Source: Alphaproteobacteria bacterium (GTDB taxonomy: Bacteria > Pseudomonadota > Alphaproteobacteria > RF32 > CAG-239). Taken from it: a DNA stretch of 64,000 nucleotides. The stretch covers positions 9,277 to 73,276 of the forward strand of contig JAGCXO010000036.1 in the NCBI GenBank assembly GCA_017961285.1. The letters are read 5' to 3'. Below are positions 57,690 to 64,000 of this stretch, in pieces (position 1 is the stretch's first letter; each line of letters begins with the position of its first letter). The translations under genes and the position numbers were made by a program. The notes beneath the pieces were generated by a model. It worked only from the letters and a program-made list of their open reading frames with translations, was not told where the DNA came from and ran no database searches.

Positions 57690-58946
57690 TTGAAGATTGT
57701 TTGGGCTACATTATTTGTTTTTTCACTGTCAATTTTTGATGGTGCTTTTGCCGCGCCCGTGTCTCAGCAAGATTTGGAGTTTGTGCAAAAACAAGTGAAA
57801 CAGCAAAGCGACAAACAAAAAAAATTGCAGGCAGAATCTATGCAGATTGACAGGGATTTGGCGAAAATCAGCAAGGATATGGTGGTGAAAGCACGCCAAA
57901 TTCAAAATATTGAAGATCAGACTTCAAATATGGAAAAAGAAGTGCTGAAATTGCAGGAAGAACTTAAGACTTTGCAAGAGAGCTTTTCGGCAGAAGATAA
58001 AAACTTGATTGGAACTTTATATGCGTTGCAGAATTTGGCGCTGAAACCGACAGAAGCATTGTTTGTGCAGCCGCTTGAGCCGGTGGAAGTTGTCAGAAGT
58101 GCGATGCTGCTTCGGGAAACAGTACCGTTTTTGGCCGATCAGGCAAATAGGATAAAAAAGAAATTAAATGAGATAAGTGAAAAGAAACAGTCGATAGAAA
58201 AGCAGTTGGTGAAGATTGCGGCGAATAAGACAAATTTGGAAAAAGAGCCTGCACAGATGCGAAAATTGATGAGCCAAAAGTCGGATAAAAATAAACAATT
58301 AAAATCACAAACGCAGGAAACGCAGAAAAAAATTAAACAGTTGGCAGAGCAGGCAAAAGATATTAAGGAGCTGTTGGATAAACTTGAAAAAGAACGTCAA
58401 GCTTGGTTGAAAATGGAAAGAGAGCGCCGTGAACAAAAACAAAGAGAGCAGGAAGAGCTGGAAGCTTATAGGCGTGAAAATGAAGGATTGCAAAAAACGG
58501 CGGATACTAAAAGTGATGACTTGATTAAATTTAAAGCCGGCGCTATAACAGAAACAGTAACAGGTTTTTCAAAGGCGAAAGGGCATTTATCAAAACCGGC
58601 GAGGGGAAGTATTGCTGTATCTTATGGTGAAGAAACCTCAAAAGGTGTGATGTCTAAAGGAATTTCTATTGCTACACGTCCGCAGGCTCAGGTTATATCG
58701 CCTTATGACGGAGCGGTTATTTTTGCCGGACCTTTCAGGGGATATGGCAATTTAATTATTATTGAACATGGAGAGGGATATATGTCACTTTTGGCGGGTA
58801 TGGCCTCGATTGATTGTGAAGTCGGGCAGATGCTTTTGGCCGGTGAGCCGGTCGGGCAGATGCCTAACAACAGTAATGATCATTTGTATGTTGAGTTGCG
58901 TAAAGATAATAAGCCTATTGATCCGCGCGCTTGGATTGCAAATTGA
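57690..58946 (+). CDS. EnvC-like murein hydrolase activator (coiled coil + degenerate LytM/M23 domain)
   Basis: Signal peptide, long coiled coil, and a C-terminal M23 fold in which the HxH block reads DHLYVEL. That degeneracy is the pattern expected for EnvC-type activators. Confidence 0.75.
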   Translation: MKIVWATLFVFSLSIFDGAFAAPVSQQDLEFVQKQVKQQSDKQKKLQAESMQIDRDLAKISKDMVVKARQIQNIEDQTSNMEKEVLKLQEELKTLQESFSAEDKNLIGTLYALQNLALKPTEALFVQPLEPVEVVRSAMLLRETVPFLADQANRIKKKLNEISEKKQSIEKQLVKIAANKTNLEKEPAQMRKLMSQKSDKNKQLKSQTQETQKKIKQLAEQAKDIKELLDKLEKERQAWLKMERERREQKQREQEELEAYRRENEGLQKTADTKSDDLIKFKAGAITETVTGFSKAKGHLSKPARGSIAVSYGEETSKGVMSKGISIATRPQAQVISPYDGAVIFAGPFRGYGNLIIIEHGEGYMSLLAGMASIDCEVGQMLLAGEPVGQMPNNSNDHLYVELRKDNKPIDPRAWIAN

Positions 58947-58977
58947 GATAAATAACTTAGAAACAGGAAATAATGAT

Positions 58978-60267
58978 ATGTGGAAAAAATTGACAATTTA
59001 TACTTTTATTACAGCTTTGATGTTTGCTGCGGCCGGTTGTGTTACGGCGGCTGATAAAGACAAGGCGGAGGAAGAAAGTTTTGATGCTTATGAAATGTTG
59101 AATCTGTTCGGCGAAATTATGGAGCGCACGAAGGCTTCTTATGTCGAAGAAGTTACAGATCAAAAATTGGTAGAATCGGCCATTAACGGGATGTTGTCAT
59201 CACTTGATCCACACTCCAGTTTTTTGGATACCAAAAGTTATAAATATCTTACAGAGCAAACAAGAGGAAAATTCGGCGGATTGGGTATTGAGGTAACAAT
59301 GGAGAACGGTGTGGTTAAAGTTGTTTCGCCGATTGATGATACACCGGCGTTCAGAGCGGGTTTGAAACCGGGGGATTATATTATTTCTTTAGACGGTAAA
59401 CCGGTTATTGGTATGACATTGAATGAGGCGGTTGAAAAAATGCGTGGAAAACCAGGCACAAAAATTAAGCTCACGGTCAGACGTGCAAATGAAAAGGCTT
59501 TTGATGTTGTTTTGAAACGTGAAGAAATTAAAATTCAATCGGTTAAGCACTCGATAAAAGATAAAGATATTGCCTATGTCAGAATTTCTTCTTTTAATGA
59601 GGAATCGGATGTAAGCATTAAAACTGCATATGAAAAAATGCAGAAAGAAACTAAAAACGGGATTAAAGGTTTGATTTTGGATGTCAGAAATAATCCCGGA
59701 GGCTTGCTTGATCAAGCGGTGGCAATTTCTGATTTGTTTTTAAATGAGGGAGAAATTGTTTCTACCCGTTCACGCAATGAGGAAGATACCTTAAAATATA
59801 ATGCTACCGAGGGAGATATTACAAACGGTTTGCCGATTGTGGTGATGATTAATGACGGTTCGGCTTCGGCTTCGGAAATTGTGGCAGGTGCGTTGCAAGA
59901 CCATAAGCGGGCTGTTGTTTTGGGAGAAAAATCTTTCGGCAAGGGGTCGGTGCAAAGTGTTGTTCCTTTCGGCAAATATGGGGCAATCAGATTGACTACC
60001 GCTCGTTATTATACGCCTTCAGGCCGCTCTATTCAGGCAAAAGGAATCGAGCCGGATATTTTGGTGAAGCCGGCAAAATTGGAAGAGTTGGATAACGGCG
60101 GAATTTCAATTAGTGAGGCTGAACTTAAAAATGCTTTGAAAAATGATAATCTTGATAATGGTGATGATAAGTCTAAGGCGGCTGATAAGGATGATGATTA
60201 TAAGAAAGACTATCAGTTGTTGAGAGCTGTTGATACCATTAAGGCTTTGAGTATATATAATAAGTAA
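58978..60267 (+). CDS. ctpA: carboxy-terminal processing protease (S41)
   Basis: Lipobox-like N-terminus (MFAAAGC), PDZ (GLGIEV...), and S41 motifs (LDVRNNPGGLL, NDGSASASEIVAGALQD, GEKSFGKGSVQ). Confidence 0.9.
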   Translation: MWKKLTIYTFITALMFAAAGCVTAADKDKAEEESFDAYEMLNLFGEIMERTKASYVEEVTDQKLVESAINGMLSSLDPHSSFLDTKSYKYLTEQTRGKFGGLGIEVTMENGVVKVVSPIDDTPAFRAGLKPGDYIISLDGKPVIGMTLNEAVEKMRGKPGTKIKLTVRRANEKAFDVVLKREEIKIQSVKHSIKDKDIAYVRISSFNEESDVSIKTAYEKMQKETKNGIKGLILDVRNNPGGLLDQAVAISDLFLNEGEIVSTRSRNEEDTLKYNATEGDITNGLPIVVMINDGSASASEIVAGALQDHKRAVVLGEKSFGKGSVQSVVPFGKYGAIRLTTARYYTPSGRSIQAKGIEPDILVKPAKLEELDNGGISISEAELKNALKNDNLDNGDDKSKAADKDDDYKKDYQLLRAVDTIKALSIYNK

Positions 60268-60276
60268 GGTTTGCTG

Positions 60277-60726
60277 ATGTCTGATAAATATCGCAAATGT
60301 GTGGGAATTGTTGTTTATAATAATGATAAAAAAGTTTTGCTTTGCGAAAGAAGTGATATGCGCGGGCAATGGCAATTTCCACAAGGCGGTATTGAGAAAG
60401 GTGAATCGATTATTGATGCGGCTTATAGAGAATTGTGGGAAGAGACTTCGATTGTTTCAGTTGAAAAACCGAAAATATTTGAGAAGACTTTTCGATATGA
60501 TTTTCCTTTTGAAGTGGCAAAAAAGTTTGTTTATGTCGGGCAGGAAATTTGCTGGGTGTTTTTGGAGTTTGTCGGTAAGGAAGATGAAATAAATTTGGTC
60601 ACGGATGGTCAGGAATTTGTTGCTTGGAAGTGGGCAGATGTCAATGAGGCGCTTGAGAAAATTGTCGCTTTTAAGCATGGGGTTTATGAACAAGCTGTTG
60701 AATATTTTAAGAGAATGGTCAAATGA
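60277..60726 (+). CDS. rppH: RNA pyrophosphohydrolase (NUDIX)
   Basis: YRKCVGIVVYN and the Nudix box WQFPQGGIEKGESIIDAAYRELWEETS. Confidence 0.85.
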   Translation: MSDKYRKCVGIVVYNNDKKVLLCERSDMRGQWQFPQGGIEKGESIIDAAYRELWEETSIVSVEKPKIFEKTFRYDFPFEVAKKFVYVGQEICWVFLEFVGKEDEINLVTDGQEFVAWKWADVNEALEKIVAFKHGVYEQAVEYFKRMVK

Positions 60727-61463
60727 ATGAAGATGATGCACAGAATTTGGTAAATTTAATTTTACATTGCACAATTTCTTCGCAGGTTCCGTTTAGCGAA
60801 GAACAGATGTCGGCATTGCAAAATCTTAATGAATATTGTGTTTATATTGCTTTGCAGAATCCGGAAGTGGCAAAGGTTCCGCTGAAGATTATTTATAAAA
60901 GTAATGAAGAATTTAAGATGGCGCTGGTGGCTTTTTGTTTGGCGCAGTCTTTGACCAATCCGCGGCGTAAAAAGGTGGAAGATAAGGATTATTTTGAGAA
61001 AAATATCACTATTTATCAGCAGCAAAATAATGTGAAAGAAATTAGTTTTGGAGAGATTGATCCTCAGACGATTATTGAGGCGATAAATTGGGAAATTGTC
61101 GAAGATTGGAAGCTTTATCGCGATAATGAACGAGGCGGAATTAGGGCTTTGGTTGATGAAAAAACAAATATGCTCGGTCTCGACAATTATAAAAGAGGTG
61201 GAAATCCGTTGTATGAGTTTGCGAGATTTCATCGCAAATTTGTGGAGAAAGAAAACAGAATTGCTCAAAAAAATAAGCAAGAAGCGCAGAACGCTTTTAG
61301 GTCGGCGGTGATATCTTCGGTTGCATCTGAGGTGGCAAAACAGCAGATTGCGGCGGGGAAAAACCCGATGGATATTATAAACTCGTTGTTGAGTGAAGAG
61401 GACAATTTGCAGGTTGATACCGGTTCTTCAAAAAAGCAGATTGAGGACAAGAGTAAAAAATAG
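60723..61463 (+). CDS. hypothetical protein translationally coupled to rppH
   Basis: ATGA overlap with the rppH stop. 246 codons. No family recognised. Confidence 0.45.
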   Translation: MNEDDAQNLVNLILHCTISSQVPFSEEQMSALQNLNEYCVYIALQNPEVAKVPLKIIYKSNEEFKMALVAFCLAQSLTNPRRKKVEDKDYFEKNITIYQQQNNVKEISFGEIDPQTIIEAINWEIVEDWKLYRDNERGGIRALVDEKTNMLGLDNYKRGGNPLYEFARFHRKFVEKENRIAQKNKQEAQNAFRSAVISSVASEVAKQQIAAGKNPMDIINSLLSEEDNLQVDTGSSKKQIEDKSKK

Positions 61464-61507
61464 AATCTTGACACGCTTTGGCTTTTGTTATAGCGTGCAG
61501 TTGTTTT

Positions 61508-61583
61508 GGGGGTATAGCTCAGTTGGGAGAGCGACAGGTTCGCAATCTGTAGGTAGGGAGTTCGATCCTCCTTGCCTCCACCA
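61508..61583 (+). tRNA. tRNA-Ala (anticodon CGC)
   Basis: I folded the 76-nt cloverleaf by hand: acceptor GGGGGTA with G3:U70, D-stem GCTC/GAGC, anticodon stem ACAGG/TCTGT with loop TTCGCAA, T-arm GGGAG-TTCGATC-CTCCT, encoded CCA. Confidence 0.85.
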
Positions 61584-61591
61584 AAATTTTT

Positions 61592-61622
61592 AAGAGGTGC
61601 AAAAATTGCTCCTCTTTTTTTT
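61592..61622 (+). terminator. intrinsic terminator after tRNA-Ala(CGC)
   Basis: AAGAGGTGC-aaaaatt-GCTCCTCTT (one mismatch) followed by T8. Confidence 0.6.
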
Positions 61623-61650
61623 GTTTAAGGCGATTGAAGCAAGTTTCGGT

Positions 61651-61818
61651 ATTGCGTCGTGAGGGTGCGGTTTTTCGCAACAATAACTGCATAAATTACA
61701 TTAAGGTCATCCCTATTTTTTGCTCTCAGCAAAAAATTCAAGGGATCTATGGATTAGTAAAGTTAAAACTCGAAGATGCCTTGACCTCGCATTTTTCAAT
61801 GCGCGGAGGCATGACATT
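61651..61818. repeat. diverged, inverted member(s) of the 45.9-46.2 kb palindromic repeat family
   Basis: The reverse complement of 61738-61818 carries, in the same order as the 46-kb units, aatgtcat, atcttcgagtttt and tagatcccttga. The reverse complement of 61706-61714 is gggatgacc. Similarity elsewhere in the segment is weak. Confidence 0.45.
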
Positions 61819-61891
61819 GTTCTTAATGAAAGAGGCTTGACTAAGTTTGGTTTCGTCGATAGACTTTTTATATAATTTTGGAGAGGAGGTA

Positions 61892-62329
61892 ATGATGAAA
61901 AAGTTGGTTTTGATTTTGGCTTTGTGTTTGTTCCCGTTCAGCGTTTATGCGGTGGCGTTTACTTGTTTGGAGTTTTATTATGACAAGGACGGGCAAACTC
62001 ATGATATTGAGTGCAAATATGCCCGACAATCGCCGGATGTAAAATGTTCGAACGAGGGTGATTTTTATTGGGATGGAAAATCTTGCCGAGAAGTTGCGGT
62101 TATTAAAAATTGTCAAAAACAAGGCGGCAATTGGATGCAGGTTCAGCTTCTTCCAAAACCGATTTTTAAGAATACCTGTATTTGCCCGAAAAATCGTTTT
62201 TGGGACGGGGAGAAATGTGTCAGCCAGATATCGCCGTCGTTGAGAAAAAATGTTGTTACGGTGTGGTGTGATAAGTTGCGGAAGAAGATTGATGTATATA
62301 TTCCCGATGCCAAGAAACTGCTGAAATAA
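61892..62329 (+). CDS. small secreted Cys-rich protein (hypothetical)
   Basis: GGAGAGGAGG RBS. Signal peptide MMKKLVLILALCLFPFSVYA. About 11 Cys. Internal repeat FYWDGKSC / RFWDGEKC. Confidence 0.55.
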   Translation: MMKKLVLILALCLFPFSVYAVAFTCLEFYYDKDGQTHDIECKYARQSPDVKCSNEGDFYWDGKSCREVAVIKNCQKQGGNWMQVQLLPKPIFKNTCICPKNRFWDGEKCVSQISPSLRKNVVTVWCDKLRKKIDVYIPDAKKLLK

Positions 62330-62358
62330 AAAAACGCCTCGTTTGAGGCGTTTTTTTT
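62328..62358. terminator. bidirectional terminator between the Cys-rich ORF and rplS
   Basis: A-run, CGCCTC-gttt-GAGGCG, T8. Confidence 0.65.
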
Positions 62359-62380
62359 ATATAAAAGATTGATTGCAAAA

Positions 62381-62767
62381 TTATTCTGCGTCTTTGCTTT
62401 TTGCTGTTGCAGACAAATCGTCGGCAATACGAGCTGAACGGCCGCGCAAAGCACGCAAGAAATATAATTTAGCGCGACGAACTTTACCGATACGAGAAAC
62501 TTCAATCTTGGCAATATTCGGAGAATAAAGCGGAAATACACGCTCAACTCCCTCGCCGAAAGAAATTTTGCGAACGGTAAAAGATGAATTCAAACCATCA
62601 TTTTTGCGAGCGATGCAAACGCCTTCATAAATTTGGATACGTTCTCTGTCGCCTTCTTTAACTTTGGTATGAACTCTCAAAGTGTCGCCTGCCTTAAATT
62701 CCGGAAAGCTTTTGCCTTCGGTTAATTTGGCAATTTGCTCTTTTTCAACTTGTTCTATAATGTTCAT
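62381..62767 (-). CDS. rplS: 50S ribosomal protein L19
   Basis: [33 protein letters not shown]...[21 protein letters not shown] is canonical L19. Confidence 0.95.
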   Translation of the reverse strand: MNIIEQVEKEQIAKLTEGKSFPEFKAGDTLRVHTKVKEGDRERIQIYEGVCIARKNDGLNSSFTVRKISFGEGVERVFPLYSPNIAKIEVSRIGKVRRAKLYFLRALRGRSARIADDLSATAKSKDAE

Positions 62768-62806
62768 AATCGTTACCTTTTCTAAAATATTTGTTACTTT
62801 TTATGC

Positions 62807-63499
62807 TCAAACCCTTTTTGAGTCAAGATATTTTTTCCATAAATCAGGTCTGCGCTCCTGAGTGGTCTTGATTGACTGCTCCAAACGCCATTCGGCAATT
62901 TTTTTGTGGTGTCCGCTCAAAAGAACCTCGGGAACAATTCGCCCTTGCCATTCCGTGGGGCGAGTGTATTGAGGATATTCAAGCAGATTATTCTCAAAAC
63001 TTTCTTCCATGGTTGATTCTTCGTTGCCGAGGACGTTGGGCAAAAGTCTGATAACCGCATCAAGCAAAATTTGTGCCGCTTGTTCTCCGCCGGTCAAGAT
63101 ATAGTCGCCAATGCTGACTTCTTCTATATCATAGGCTTCGATAACGCGCTCATCAATGCCCTCAAATCTGCCGCAGACAATGTTTAGCTGTTCTTCTTTT
63201 GCATATTGTCGGACCATTTCTTGGGTGAGAGGTTTGCCCTTGGGGCTCATGGCGATAATTTTGCCTTGTTTGCAGTTGGCGCTGATGGCACTGCCCAAAA
63301 TATCGGCACGCATAACCATTCCTGCTCCGCCGCCGCATGGGGTGTCATCAACGGAACCGTGTTTGTCGGTGGCATAGTCGCGAATGTTTATGGTGTTTAT
63401 CGACCACAAGCCGTCTTCTAATGCTTTGCCGGTCAGAGAATATCCCAAAAAACCGGGGAAAAGCTCGGGAAAAATGGTAAAAACAGTGGCATTAAACAT
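62807..63499 (-). CDS. trmD: tRNA (guanine37-N1)-methyltransferase
   Basis: FTIFPELFPG, DDTPCGGGAGMVM and GRFEGIDERV motifs. The ATG at 63499 overlaps the rimM stop region. Confidence 0.95.
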   Translation of the reverse strand: MFNATVFTIFPELFPGFLGYSLTGKALEDGLWSINTINIRDYATDKHGSVDDTPCGGGAGMVMRADILGSAISANCKQGKIIAMSPKGKPLTQEMVRQYAKEEQLNIVCGRFEGIDERVIEAYDIEEVSIGDYILTGGEQAAQILLDAVIRLLPNVLGNEESTMEESFENNLLEYPQYTRPTEWQGRIVPEVLLSGHHKKIAEWRLEQSIKTTQERRPDLWKKYLDSKRV

Positions 63500-64000
63500 T
63501 GTTTTCATCCTCTTTTTCGTCCGGCTCAAACTGCATGGAGACAGCGTTTACAATAATATAACCTTCTTCAATGTTGACTGTCGGGACATAAGCATGATTA
63601 AACGGTATCATTTCAAGCTTGCCGGTGGAATTTATTTTGATTTCCAAAATATCTCCGGCGCCAAAGTTATATATGCCTGCAACTTCGCCGACAATTTCGT
63701 TCGAGCCCGTGGCCTTGACCTTTAAGTGGATGAGGTCGGCCTGATAGAACTCGTTGCTGTCGGTGGTCGGAGGCAAAACGGAACGGTCAACAAAAAGCTG
63801 GGTTCCGATAAGAGTTTGTGCAAGATTGCGGTCATCAACACCTTCTATCTTTATGCGCAACAAATCTTTGGAATGTCCGACAACTTTTATGTGCAGAGTT
63901 TTTCCGTTTTGGTCTGTCAGTGCGCCATAACTGCCGATATCACGGTCGCAAGCGGTAAAACTTTTTACTTTTACTTCGCCTCTAATGCCGTGAACACCGA
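63492..64000 (-). CDS. rimM: 16S rRNA processing protein RimM (5' end beyond the window)
   Basis: The frame stays open upstream of the listed TTG to the window edge and encodes GVHGIRGEVKVKSFT, the canonical RimM N-terminal motif. The PRC-barrel C-terminus precedes trmD. Confidence 0.85.
   Translation of the reverse strand, partial: GVHGIRGEVKVKSFTACDRDIGSYGALTDQNGKTLHIKVVGHSKDLLRIKIEGVDDRNLAQTLIGTQLFVDRSVLPPTTDSNEFYQADLIHLKVKATGSNEIVGEVAGIYNFGAGDILEIKINSTGKLEMIPFNHAYVPTVNIEEGYIIVNAVSMQFEPDEKEDENNV

Overview
The window reads as a chromosomal segment of an AT-rich alphaproteobacterium (roughly 40% GC by eye), probably a reduced or host-associated lineage. Alphaproteobacterial markers are a GapR/DUF2312 gene, a three-gene split transhydrogenase (pntAA/pntAB/pntB), ihfB followed by a DUF1049/LapA-like gene, an IalB-like gene coupled to rlmN, gpmI-envC-ctpA-rppH synteny, and a zinc-less L36. 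Most of the window is densely packed housekeeping genes: rpsF-rpsR-rplI, rpsU, rplS-trmD-rimM, lepA, ettA, dnaK, parE, truA, accA, accD, pyk, pfk, gpmI, tolB, tsaB, rlmN, cca, a class A PBP and a YcbZ-type Lon-like protease. I saw no CRISPR array, IS element, transposase, integrase, rRNA or recognisable defence or toxin-antitoxin module, and I cannot point to a clearly novel multi-gene system. The stretches that housekeeping does not explain are: (1) a tRNA-Ala(GGC) gene nested between exact copies of its own 5' and 3' ends plus inverted T-arm copies (23.29-23.80 kb); (2) a family of about 100-bp palindromic repeats, in tandem at 45.9-46.2 kb with a diverged inverted copy at 61.7 kb beside a second tRNA-Ala; (3) a 176-aa orphan ORF whose codon usage differs sharply from its neighbours (20.95-21.48 kb); (4) a 794-aa secreted Cys/Pro-rich protein whose C-terminal trypsin-like module seems to lack the catalytic triad; (5) a thymidine-phosphorylase-family gene with degenerate active-site motifs next to DUF1653 and two tandem APH-type kinases; (6) several lineage-specific secreted, membrane or disordered ORFs. 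A 41-codon rpmJ gene is absent from the supplied ORF track. All functional calls come from motif-level recognition by eye and were not checked against any database.
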